Below, piece by piece: positions 20,640-31,145 of a stretch of 64,000 nucleotides of DNA. How positions within the stretch are numbered: position 1 is the first letter of the stretch; each line of letters starts with the position of its first letter. The position numbers and the translations under genes were made by a program. Origin of the DNA: Candidatus Poribacteria bacterium (lineage in GTDB: Bacteria > Poribacteria > WGA-4E > PCPOR2b); contig OZ244042.1 in assembly GCA_965215015.1 (NCBI GenBank), positions 5,248,001 through 5,312,000 of the forward strand, read 5' to 3'. The notes under the pieces are model-generated. The model was given only the letters and a program-made list of their open reading frames with translations, searched no databases and was not told where the DNA came from.

Positions 20640-20716
20640 AGTATAGCATAGTCTGGTTGGACAGTCAATGAAACAATTTCTTTTCTCTTGTCCATTGTGG
20701 GGTTGTGTGCTAAAAT
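20640..20716. promoter_or_regulatory. Divergent sigma70 promoters (RidA gene; repeat array plus HAD gene)
   Basis: Minus: TTGACT(20668-20663)-N17-TATACT(20645-20640). Plus: TTGTCC(20688)-N17-TAAAAT(20716) with TGn. Confidence 0.6.
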
Positions 20717-20757
20717 GCGTGAAACGTAAAGCGTAATTGATGCATTGGAGTGGTGAA

Positions 20758-21618
20758 CAGTTGTCTGAACCAGGATACGCAGGATTCAAGGATTCACAGG
20801 ATAGAAACCGTGAAATGTGATGCGTAAAATTTCGCAGGTTAGGAAACCTGTCCCCACGAGTGGGGTGTCCCCAAGATGCTAATTGCTCAACTGCGTAAGT
20901 CCTAATTGAGGGAAACTAATGTCCCACTTGGTGCCTTTTGACAATTCATTGTATTGATGGACAGTTGTCTGAATCAGGATACTCAGGATTTAAGGATTCA
21001 CAGGATAGAAACCGTGAAATGTGATGCGTAAAATTTCGCAGGTTAGGAAACCTGTCCTCAAGAGTGGGGTGTCCCCAAGGTGCTAATTCCTCAACTGCGT
21101 AAATCCTAATTGAGGGAAACTAATGTCCCATTTGGTGACTTTTGATAATTCATTGGAGGGGTGGACAGTTGTCTGAATCAGGATACTCAGAATTCAAGGA
21201 TTGACAGGATAGAAACCGTGAAATGTGATGCGTAAAATTTCGCAGTTTAGGAAACCTGTCCCCAAGGTGGTAATTTCTCAAGTGGGTAAGTCTTAATTGA
21301 GTGAAACGAATGTCGCGCTTGGTGTCTTTTGACAATTCATTGGATGGATAGTTGTCTGAATCAGGATACTCAGGATTCAAGGATTGGCAGGATAGAAACC
21401 GTGAAATGTGATGCGTAAAATTTCGCAGTTTAGGAAACCTGTCCCCAAGAGTGGGGGGCCACCAAGATGCTGATTGCTCAACTGCGTAAGTCCTAATTGA
21501 TGGAAACTAATGTCGCCCTGGGTGTCTTTTGACAATTCATTGGATGGATAGTTGTCTGAATCAAGATACGCAGGATTCAAGGATTCACAGGATAGGAAAT
21601 GTGAGACGTGATGCGTAG
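20758..21618 (+). repeat. Tandem array of ~183-204-bp mosaic units (4 full plus 1 partial)
   Basis: Anchor agttgtctgaa recurs at about 20759, 20963, 21167, 21350 and 21550; unit 3 has an internal deletion. Confidence 0.95.
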
Positions 21619-21995
21619 ACGGTCAGAAGTCTCCCCTAACCCCCCGCAAGCGGAGGGGGGGTGCAAGTGGGGGGAAAGAACTGTGTGGGTATCAGACCGT
21701 TCTAGGTTCAATGAGCCAGGAACTGACGGATAACCCACCGGGTATTTAGGAGGGGGATGGCACGCGGAGCGTGCCGAATACTTTGGGATGAACTGTCGCC
21801 GCCCGCTTCCTCGGGCGTTGAGCAGCACCTTCACCGGCGATGAATCGCCGAGGATACTATGACTAGAGTGCAATAGTCATGGTTCAACCACGATGAACAT
21901 TACGCGCCTTTTGCTGGTGTTGGCTTTGAGGGTTCAACTGGGTAAGTCCTAACCCTTGGTTAATTAGTACGTTGGTTCGCTATGGATGGGGATTT

Positions 21996-22691
21996 ATGGA
22001 AAAATCAGATATTAAAGCGTTGACGTTTGATTTATTCGGTACGATTTTGGATCTTGGGGGGAGTCTGATGCCTTACATCGGGGAGTTTCTGAGGGCGAAG
22101 GGTATGGATGTGTCGCCGGATCGGTTTTGGGATCAGTGGCGGGCCCGGCAACGGATCGAGCAGTATCAGGATACGCTCGTAATGCTAGGGCATAGTGGGT
22201 ATCTGGAGACGGTGCGCCGGGCGTTCGTTTATGTGCTCAATCTGAATGGGGTTCAGACTTCGAGCGATGAGGTGAAGGATTTCATGCGGGCTTGGGATGA
22301 GCTCTCTCCGTTTCCTGAAGTGCTTCCTGCGTTGGAGCGTCTTCAATCTCATTATCAGTTGGTGATTTTGTCGAACGGGGATCCGCACTTTCTCGATCAT
22401 CTTGCGAAGAATCGTGTTCGGTGGAATTTTGATGACATCATCTCGGTGACGGATGTTGGTGCGTTCAAGCCGCACCCTGCTGTTTACCGTTACGCTGCTA
22501 TCAGTCGGCTCCGCCTTGAGGTGGGTGAGTGCTTGATGGTCTCGGCGAATTCGTTTGATGTGATGGGAGCAAAGGTCTGCGGTTACAAGGCCGCGTTTGT
22601 CAATCGTTATAAGTTGCCGTATGAGGATTCGCCGTATTTGCCGGATGTGACGGTTGCGGATTTTACAGAGTTGGCGGATGTCCTGTTGTGA
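21996..22691 (+). CDS. Haloacid dehalogenase type II (HAD family)
   Basis: FDLFGTILD, ILSNGD, FKPHPAVY, MVSANSFDVMGA. ATG 21996 preferred over TTG 21972. Confidence 0.9.
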   Translation: MEKSDIKALTFDLFGTILDLGGSLMPYIGEFLRAKGMDVSPDRFWDQWRARQRIEQYQDTLVMLGHSGYLETVRRAFVYVLNLNGVQTSSDEVKDFMRAWDELSPFPEVLPALERLQSHYQLVILSNGDPHFLDHLAKNRVRWNFDDIISVTDVGAFKPHPAVYRYAAISRLRLEVGECLMVSANSFDVMGAKVCGYKAAFVNRYKLPYEDSPYLPDVTVADFTELADVLL

Positions 22692-22843
22692 GTTTTTCTG
22701 AATCACGGATTGGACGGATTAAGAGCCGCCGAACTTTCCTGAGTCAAGGCCCCAGCAGGGCGATAGGTGTATAGATCTCCTTAACACTGTCTTATAGTAT
22801 AGAGAGAATGAAATCCAACACGCAATCAAATTGACGATCAGGA

Positions 22844-22944
22844 GTTGGGTTTCACTATATATTTTGAGATGTCAATCAGAATTGAACCTTGCAATCTCAA
22901 TGTAATGCTGGGTATTTTTCATAGGTTCCGTTTAACCCAACCTA
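22844..22944 (+). repeat. Intact ~100-bp repeat with terminal inverted arms GTTGGGTT...AACCCAAC
   Basis: gttgggtttcac...gtttaacccaacctac; related to 1436-1532 and 10929-11028. Confidence 0.65.
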
Positions 22945-23191
22945 CTAGTTGGTCAATGTTCCAGAATCGGCAAATTAGTTAAGCCCCCCCGCAAGCGGAT
23001 GGGAAAGAACGCAAGGGGGGATTGTCGCCGCAAGTCGAGATATGAATCTCGACCTACGGGAATTTTCTACACACATGTCGCCCCACTGAGACTGAATGAA
23101 CCAAATCACGCATCGCGTTTCACGCATTCTATAAATCTGTCGCCCCACTGGGGCTATATTAAAAACTTGATTTCTAAGGAGGCAATTAAAT

Positions 23192-24820
23192 ATGGCATTT
23201 CCATCACACGGTGTTACCCACCGTCCAACGGTGACGGGTACGCGTGGCATGGTTTCGAGTGCACATCCACTCGCAAGTCTGGCAGGTGCGCGGATATTAC
23301 TTCAGGGCGGCAACGCTTTCGATGCGGCGATTGCGGTTGCGTCGACCCTCAATGTTACGGAACCGTATATGTCGGGCATTGCTGGGTGCGGTTATATGTT
23401 GATTTATCACGCGAAGGAGGACGCGATCCATGTCCTGGACTATATGGGAACTAGTCCATATCAGGCGACGCTTGACGCATATGCGGAGCCGGGGTCAAAT
23501 GAGGTCGGGATCCGGTCGGGTATGATTCCTGCTGCGTGTGGGGGTTGGTTGGCACTCCTCGATCGGTACGGCAGCATGGATTACGCGGATATCTTTGCAC
23601 CTGCGATTGAACATGCGGAGAACGGCTACGCGGTCACGGCGAAGAACGCTGAGTTCATGGCGGGTGCGGCCTCCCGCTTTTCGTCAACAGGGGCAAAGAT
23701 TATCATGTCTCGCGGCCGGACACCACGTCCGGGGGAGGTTTTGGTGCAGAAAGAGCTTGCTCAGACTTTCCGAAAGGTGGTTGAGGGTGGCGCAGAGGTT
23801 TTTTATCGGGGTGAGATTGCGAAGCATATCGCTCAATTCTGCCAAGCGAATGATGGCTTGATTACGGAAAAAGATCTTGAGGATTTTCAGGTGGATTGGC
23901 ATAAGCCAATCTCGACGACCTTCAAGGATTTTGAGATTTTCTGTCCGCCGCCGCCGTGTTCAGGGTTTCAGTATTTGGAGACATTCAATATCTTAGAAAA
24001 CGATCCGCTCAGCGATTTGGGGCATAACTCGGCGCAGTATCTCCATCTGCTGATTGAGGCGATAAAACTTGCTAGTGCGGACCGTGCGGAGTATACCTGT
24101 GCGGAGAATCCGCCCATCACCGGATTGCTCTCTAAGGGTTACGCTGTCGGGCAACGGAAGCGGATTGGATACCGTGCGGGAGTCGGTGGCGGTGAGCGTT
24201 ACACAAAGGATAAGCTGCCGGGCGAGATTCTGCCGGGGAATGCTGCTGAATGGATTAACGAATGCACAACCCATTTCGATGTGGTTGACGGTGAGGGCAA
24301 TGCAGTTGCGGTGACGCAAAGTCTCGGTTCCGGTTTCGGTTCTGGTGTTGCGCTCGGAGGGACTGGGATGTTCCTCAACAACTTTATGAACTGGTTCGAT
24401 CTCTTGCCAGAGAGTCCAAACGCTATCGGACCGCACAAACAGATTGAGATGTGCATGTCTCCGTGCCAAGTTTGGCAGGACGGGAAGCTGTTCGCGGTAA
24501 TTGGTACGCCGGGGAGCCATGGTATTCTACAGACAACGGCGCAGATGGTACTGAACCTAATCGAGCATGGCATGAATATCCAAGCGGCAATTGAGGCACC
24601 GCGTGTGCGGGTTGAAAGTACGGGTACCGGTGTTAGTATGGAGGGACGCATCCCCGTTGAGATTAGGGCTGAACTTGAGGCGCGTGGGCATAAGCCTAAC
24701 GTGATGCCTGACTGGACGGCTGGTGTCGGTGGCGGTCAGGGTATCGCGATTGACCAGGCGGAAGGTTCGCTCATGGGTGGTGCGGATCCGCGGCGTGATG
24801 GGTATTCGATTGGAATCTAA
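23192..24820 (+). CDS. ggt: Gamma-glutamyltransferase
   Basis: GGNAFDAAIA, EPYMSGI, nucleophile CTTHFDVVD, GTPGS, GGADPRRDG; AAGGAGG RBS. Confidence 0.93.
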   Translation: MAFPSHGVTHRPTVTGTRGMVSSAHPLASLAGARILLQGGNAFDAAIAVASTLNVTEPYMSGIAGCGYMLIYHAKEDAIHVLDYMGTSPYQATLDAYAEPGSNEVGIRSGMIPAACGGWLALLDRYGSMDYADIFAPAIEHAENGYAVTAKNAEFMAGAASRFSSTGAKIIMSRGRTPRPGEVLVQKELAQTFRKVVEGGAEVFYRGEIAKHIAQFCQANDGLITEKDLEDFQVDWHKPISTTFKDFEIFCPPPPCSGFQYLETFNILENDPLSDLGHNSAQYLHLLIEAIKLASADRAEYTCAENPPITGLLSKGYAVGQRKRIGYRAGVGGGERYTKDKLPGEILPGNAAEWINECTTHFDVVDGEGNAVAVTQSLGSGFGSGVALGGTGMFLNNFMNWFDLLPESPNAIGPHKQIEMCMSPCQVWQDGKLFAVIGTPGSHGILQTTAQMVLNLIEHGMNIQAAIEAPRVRVESTGTGVSMEGRIPVEIRAELEARGHKPNVMPDWTAGVGGGQGIAIDQAEGSLMGGADPRRDGYSIGI

Positions 24821-24927
24821 AAGAATAATGCGTAACGAGTAATGCCTAAGATTTTTTCTTTACACATTACGCATTACATAGTTTCTGCGATTAATTTAAG
24901 TGACTAATGACTGATTCCAAGCTGTAA

Positions 24928-26847
24928 ATGGAGGAGAATGTGAGTACGCTGATTATTGCGGTCTTGAGTTTTTTCGGTTTTATTGTCGCCTATCATACCT
25001 ATGGGCGGTGGTTAGCCAGGAAGATTTTCCGAATCAACCCGGAGGTGCGGGTGCCGAGCCAAGAATTGCGGGATGATGTGGATTATGTTCCCACGAAGAA
25101 GGAGGTTATCTTTGGACATCACTTCACAAGCATCGCGGGCACGGGCCCCATCGTTGGGCCCGCGATTGCCGTTTTTTGGGGGTGGCTGCCTGCTCTACTC
25201 TGGGTTGTCCTCGGTTCAATTTTTATCGGTGCGGTTCACGACTTCGGCGCGTTGGTGGTCTCGCTCCGCAATCGTGGACAGACGGTCGGCGACATTGCGG
25301 GCCGAATGATTACATCACGCGCCAAGTTGCTTTTTTTGATCATCTTATTCATGGCACTGACGGTTGTTTTGGCGATTTTTGGTCTGGTTATTGCTATCAT
25401 CTTTGCGCTTTACCCGGAATCGGTGCTTTCGGTTTGGATAGAGATTCCGCTTGCGGTTGGGATCGGGCTTTGGATCTATCGCAAGGGTGGGAATATCCTA
25501 ATCCCTTCCATTATCGCTCTAGGGATTATGTACATTGCGATGGGTGTAGGTGCTTACCTGCTTCCGATTGACATTTCGGCGTGGTTTGGCATCCCGCTAC
25601 TAGGACAGACATTTGCAAATGCGGTTGTCCTCTGGACACTGGTGCTGTTTGTGTACTGTTTTATTGCGTCCGTGTTGCCTGTTTGGGTGCTCCTCCAGCC
25701 TCGCGATTTTATCAATAGCCATGAGTTAATTGTAGCACTATTTCTGCTGATTGTAGGGCTTGCCATCGCAGGTCTGACGGGAAAAGCGAACCTCTTGGCA
25801 TCTGCACCCGCTATCGCTCCTGACATTCCCCCCGATGCACCGCCGATTTGGCCCTTCCTTTTTATCACCATTGCTTGCGGTGCGATCAGCGGCTTCCACT
25901 GCATGGTAAGTTCCGGCACTTCGAGTAAGCAGGTCGCTTCGGAGAAAGATGCACAATATGTTGGTTATGGTGCGATGTTGCTTGAGGGGGGGCTTGCGGT
26001 GATCGTTATCCTCGCATGTTGTGCAGGGATTGGTATGGGGCTTTTTGAACGGAATGGGACGGGGGCAAGTTACGCATTTCAACCCGTGATTAGCTCTGCG
26101 ACGGGACAGCAGGTTCAGTATCAGGAGGCGTGGCGGCTGCGCTATGCTACAACCCGAACGGTGACCAATCCCGATGGTACAACGCGGACGGTCGGCGGTT
26201 GGGCGGGGCATAGTCTTGCTAAGAAGGTGGGGGCTTTTGTTGATGGCGGCGGAAATTTCCTCGCTAGCGTGGGTATCCCCCTGAAAATGGGTATTGCGAT
26301 CATGGCAGTGCTGGTGGCAAGCTTTGCTGCAACGACGTTGGACACTGCGACCCGGCTCCAACGCTACGTCATCCAAGAACTCGCGCAAACGATGCGGATT
26401 AAACCGTTGACCAATCGATACGTGGCAACCGGCCTCGCTCTGTTCTTGGGAGGCGTCGTTGCACTGATGCCAGGACCCAATGGCCCCGGAAGTGGTGGTT
26501 TGATTCTATGGCCCCTTTTCGGTGCGGTGAATCAGCTGTTAGCGGGTCTGGCTTTTATGGTGACGGTTTTCTATCTGCTACGACGGAATCAACCAATCTG
26601 GGTCGTAGCGATTCCGATGGTGGTGATGTTGGTTATGCCGGCGTGGGCGATGTTCTGGCAGATGTTTAACCCGGACACGGGGTGGTTGTTCACTGGGAAG
26701 TACCTGCTATTTGCGTTTGGTCTTGCCGTTGAGGCGTTGCAGGTGTGGATGATTGTTGAGGGGTTGATTACGTTGAAAACGGCGCGTGGGAACTATCCGG
26801 AGCTTCCGCCGCTACACGCGCCACAGCAGGGGCAGCCAGCGAGTTAG
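24928..26847 (+). CDS. cstA: Carbon starvation protein A family transporter
   Basis: GHHFTSIAGTGPIVGP, LLQPRDFIN, IACGAISGFH, TTLDTATRL, WPLFGAVNQLLA. Start may be GTG 24940. Confidence 0.93.
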   Translation: MEENVSTLIIAVLSFFGFIVAYHTYGRWLARKIFRINPEVRVPSQELRDDVDYVPTKKEVIFGHHFTSIAGTGPIVGPAIAVFWGWLPALLWVVLGSIFIGAVHDFGALVVSLRNRGQTVGDIAGRMITSRAKLLFLIILFMALTVVLAIFGLVIAIIFALYPESVLSVWIEIPLAVGIGLWIYRKGGNILIPSIIALGIMYIAMGVGAYLLPIDISAWFGIPLLGQTFANAVVLWTLVLFVYCFIASVLPVWVLLQPRDFINSHELIVALFLLIVGLAIAGLTGKANLLASAPAIAPDIPPDAPPIWPFLFITIACGAISGFHCMVSSGTSSKQVASEKDAQYVGYGAMLLEGGLAVIVILACCAGIGMGLFERNGTGASYAFQPVISSATGQQVQYQEAWRLRYATTRTVTNPDGTTRTVGGWAGHSLAKKVGAFVDGGGNFLASVGIPLKMGIAIMAVLVASFAATTLDTATRLQRYVIQELAQTMRIKPLTNRYVATGLALFLGGVVALMPGPNGPGSGGLILWPLFGAVNQLLAGLAFMVTVFYLLRRNQPIWVVAIPMVVMLVMPAWAMFWQMFNPDTGWLFTGKYLLFAFGLAVEALQVWMIVEGLITLKTARGNYPELPPLHAPQQGQPAS

Positions 26848-27444
26848 AGAGGAAAACGGGAAATAAGTTGTCATCTGTCGCACCTCTGGTGCTTTGGGGC
26901 ACGGCTTAGGCAGTTTGAATCAATCAATTTCCATAATCGACCTCTAGTGTTGAAATAGGAATATATCCTTCTCGGCGGAGTCGGAGCCGAGCAGGGTTGA
27001 TAAATAGGCCGCAACCCAGAATACCCCAAAAAAACATGCAAAATACTCCAACTTTCAACGGGTAGCAACTTAGGTAGGACTTATACCCTTGATTAGTAGG
27101 GTACACCGATCGGTGTGCCCGAGGAACTTCTTGATAGAGTTCTTGCTGGAGTTGCCTGATTCATTGGGCGTTGGCACCGGTGTCCAGCGGCGATGAATCG
27201 CCGAACTACAAGTCGAAGACTCTCGGAGGGGTTGAACGTTTAACTGCGTAACTCCCATTGGGTTATCTTAGTGAACTTATTCATTTTTATTAGTAGGTGT
27301 CGAGTATGGAAACTTGACCTACGGGCTACTTTGCTACTTGCGTTTTTTTTAGATAATCGAAAGCGGTAACGACCTATTCCGTTTCTAAATTTGACTTTAA
27401 CAAACACAAATGCCCTTAAACAAAGGGGGTGGAGGAGGTTTGTG

Positions 27445-28293
27445 ATGCAAGATAAGGGAAATCAATCACTGCGGTTTCTTGTGGTCAAAGCGCATCCACA
27501 CGATTTTACCCACTGCGCTGGCACGTGCGGCATCCACGCTGCCCAAGGTGATTCTATTACAGTCGTCAGCATGACCAACGGGGTAGGCACTCACAATGAG
27601 CGGCTCCACGACGAGCTGCTCAAGCCGGAAGATGAGCAAGATCCTGAGATCCTCAACCAGAGTGCCGATGATTACGCTCAGCTTAAGGAGGAGGAGTTTC
27701 GTAAGGTCTGCGGGCTCTTTGGGGTGACGGATGTCCGTATCCTTGATTTTCCAGATAAGCCGTTTCATAAGACACCGCAGGTGGTGGAGGTGCTGCGACA
27801 GATTATCTATGATGTTCGTCCGCATGTGCTGATTACACAGAGGCCGCACCTGAGTGGCCGGTATGGTATGGCTTCTGCTGCACACAACGATCACGACGAG
27901 ACCGCATTTGCTATTCTGGAGGCGCAGGGGTTGGCGGGAACGCCGGACTACGGCAGCCGGCAGCGGCCTCACACAATCGCGGCAACCTACTATCCCGGTG
28001 TCTATTACATGCCAGACGAGATTGACTTCTATGTGGACATCTCGGACTGGAAGGAGCAGCGGGTTCAGGCAGAAATCCTTTTCAGCAGCCAAGGGCATAC
28101 CGAAACCTTCGCTCAAAAGCGGATTGAGATTCATACGGGTCATGCGGGTTGGTATGCTGGGACAGGATATGCCGAGGGATTTGTCCGTGCTGTCCCGGAG
28201 GTTCTATCGCGGATTCATGTGCCGGCAACTGCCTTGCGGCGGGCTTCGGAGCCGCGTCAGAACCACCTGAAGCGTCTTGCGGGTGAGCTATAA
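27445..28293 (+). CDS. PIG-L/LmbE family deacetylase-like protein
   Basis: AHPHD (variant of HPDD), HNDH, VDIS, SQ, YAEGF; GGAGGAGG RBS before ATG 27445. Confidence 0.8.
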   Translation: MQDKGNQSLRFLVVKAHPHDFTHCAGTCGIHAAQGDSITVVSMTNGVGTHNERLHDELLKPEDEQDPEILNQSADDYAQLKEEEFRKVCGLFGVTDVRILDFPDKPFHKTPQVVEVLRQIIYDVRPHVLITQRPHLSGRYGMASAAHNDHDETAFAILEAQGLAGTPDYGSRQRPHTIAATYYPGVYYMPDEIDFYVDISDWKEQRVQAEILFSSQGHTETFAQKRIEIHTGHAGWYAGTGYAEGFVRAVPEVLSRIHVPATALRRASEPRQNHLKRLAGEL

Positions 28294-28326
28294 AATAATG
28301 CGTAAACCGTTTCACGGTACCTGTGA

Positions 28327-28737
28327 TTGCCAGCCACAATAATTGCCCTGCACTGGTTCCCGGATGCCGAACAATTTTCCAACGAACAGATCCAAGGGCT
28401 CACCGAACGTGGTGTGGTCATCGGTGTTGCCCTTGATGCTCGGCTACTCGTACCCGATTGGGTGCATGGCGAATCGTCAACGGAACATGTGAAGCTGACG
28501 ACGGTGGTTGACCCTATCGATCATGTTTGTCAGTTAGCGGGGAATACGCTGCACGCTGCTATAGGCACCGACGCTACATACCACATGCTGTCTGACTTCA
28601 AGACGACAGAGGATTTGCGAAAGCTGGAGCCGATTCGCGCTGATCATGGCTATAGTGATGCGGATAGCGACAACATCTTCCATGCCAACTGGTGCCGCTT
28701 CTTCCGTCGATGGGTGCCTGAATCGCCCACCCGATAA
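28327..28737 (+). pseudogene. C-terminal fragment of a membrane dipeptidase (M19)
   Basis: ERGVVIGVALD, IDHVCQLAGN, AIGTD, GYSDAD..IFHANWCRFF; N-terminal half missing. Confidence 0.65.
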
Positions 28738-29035
28738 CAATCGAAAAGAATGAATATTGTTGACCTCTTTTGTCAAGGTTGATATAGTAATCTTTGGTGT
28801 CGAGTATGGACACTCGAGCTACAGGCTACCTAAGCAGCTTGAGTGGTAATAACGCAAGTTGCCACCTAGATCCACATAGATGTCGTTTGGTTCATTGGTT
28901 CAGAAGTTCAATGAACCCGTAATGAACGCTGATTTTAGATTTATTTGGAGGGGCCGGACTCCTCGTCTTTTCTGTGACTGTGACAATGAGAATCACCGGA
29001 CACGATACGAAAAATATCGAAAGGATGAAACTTAT

Positions 29036-30674
29036 ATGACAGGTAATCAAGCGATTGCTAAAATTCTTAAAGCTGAAGGGCTTGACTGGTTTGCCTGCTT
29101 TCCCAACCATTCATTGATAGATGCGGCTGCCAAAGAGGGACTGAGACCGATTATCTCGCGCCAAGAGCGGGCGGGTGTGAACATGGCTGACGGGTATAGT
29201 CGGATTATGTGTGGGAATCGCATCGGCGTCTTTATGATGCAAGAAGGGCCGGGCGCGGAGAACGCCTTTGGTGGTGTTGCTCAGGCGTATGCCGATTCGG
29301 TGCCAATACTGCTCCTGCCCGGGGGGGCCGCGCCTTGGGAGTGTGGGTATGCACCCCGGCTTCGTTTCGCACCGGAACTACGGTGGGGTTACCAAGTGGA
29401 CAGAATACATCAATCAGGCAGATCGCATCCCTCAGCTGATGCGGATGGCGTTCACTCGGTTGAAACATGGTAGGCCCGGCCCGGTGCTTTTGGAGATCTC
29501 TTCAGATGCTGCGAGTCAGGAAATTCCGGATAGTACCTTTAACTATACACCGGTGCCGGTACGCAAATCTGCAGCAGATCCCGATGATGTTCGTGACCTT
29601 GTGACTACCTTACTCAAAGCGTCATCTCCTGTTATCAGTGCGGGCAGGGGCATACTATACGCCGAAGCGACAGAAGAGTTGGTAGCGTTGGCGGAGTTGA
29701 CGAACATTCCGGTCATGACGACCCTACAGGGTAAGAGCGGCTTCCCTGAAAACCACCCTCTGTCGTTGGGGACAGCTGGGCATACCGGTACGGAGATGGT
29801 GGGGCATTTCCTGAAGAAGGCGGACTTTGTCCTCGGTATTGCGACCACCCTCAGTGGCGGTTACAGTCCACGAATGCCTGGTGGTATCCCTATCGCCCAG
29901 ATTACCAACTCGACCGATGACCTGAACGTGCATTATCGGCTTGCCCATGGTGCTGTCGGCGATGCGCGGTTGGTGCTACAACAGATGATTGAAGAGGTGA
30001 AGCGGCAGATTGGTGAGCAGCCAAGAGCGGATGTCAAAGGTGTGGCGGCCGAAATCCGCAAGGTGAAAGCGGAGTGGATGGCAGCGTGGCACCCGCGGCT
30101 TGAATCGGATGAGGTTCCGATGAACGAGTATCGGGTGCTGAATGAATTGCACAAAGCGGTGGATGTGTCGAACACCATCGCCACGCACGATGCGGGTTAT
30201 CCGCGAGATCGGATGTGCCCGTTTTGGTCCACCAATACCCCAAATACCTATATCGGGTGGGGGAAATCGACACAGTTGGGTTATGGACTGGGGTTGGCGT
30301 TAGGAGCGAAGATGGCTGCACCTGAGAAGTTGGTGATCAATGTAATGGGGGATGCTGCCTTTGGTATGGCTGGCTTGGACATTGAGACAGCGGTGCGATC
30401 TGAGATTCCGATATTGACTGTAGTTTTGAACAACGGTATAATGACTCACTACAACCAGAATATGCCGTATGCCTCGGAGCACTGGGAGAGCGACAAATTG
30501 TCTGGTGATTATGCTAGGGTCGCTGAGAGTTTGGGTGCCTTCGCGGAGACGGTTGAGACACCGGACCAACTGTCCGGTGCGATTGCACGCGCCATCGCTG
30601 CGACGAAGGAGGGACGCCCTGCCTTGCTACAGACGATGACTTGTGGGGAGGAGACGGTCTCTCGCTACCAATGA
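29036..30674 (+). CDS. Thiamine diphosphate-dependent enzyme split by a +1 frameshift in a G7 run
   Basis: N-part MTGNQAIAKILKAEG...RQERAGVNMADGYSR...GPGAEN (ORF 28880-29473); C-part GRPGPVLLEI...GDAAFGM...VLNNG (ORF 29268-30674); frames switch at CCC-GGGGGGG 29318-29327. Confidence 0.85.
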
Positions 30675-31145
30675 CAGCAATGACAGACGGTTGGACAACG
30701 CCCTGCCCATTGCCCCGGTAGGGCAACTGTGGTGAGACGGAAGCCACTGCTGGGATTTGTTAACATGAATGTTGTAAATCCCTAACACACTCTCGTCGGA
30801 GTGTGGGGAAACCGTTGCGGATTTTACCCCTGCTAACCGTTTGCTGCAGTACGACCGTCTCTATCTAAATGGGTTGAAACCTCAAACGCTTTTCTGCAAA
30901 AAAACGCTAAAGCGCATAGGGATATCCCTAAGCCCCTCCTCGGTCCCCCCGCAAGCGGGGCTGCAACCCACGGGCGGAGGGGAATGGGGTTTACTCTTAA
31001 AGGATTTTTGATAAACCCTTGAACGGTGCGGAAACACTATCCTTACCAACTTGCCCCACAGGTCAATTAGGGGCTGGGGTATAGATCTGGACTATGCGAA
31101 AATTATCAGTAGGACTTAGTCTGAAAGTGTGAAAAAGGAGTGGGA

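Noticed and set aside
20758-21618. CRISPR array interpretation of this and the other tandem arrays (38685-39281, 53358-54765, 60625-61236)
   Set aside because: Units are 145-303 bp and similar along their whole length, with no unique spacers, and there are no cas genes in the window.
22844-22944. Integron attC site
   Set aside because: Arm order is GTTRRRY...RYYYAAC, the reverse of attC, and there is no integrase or cassette organisation.
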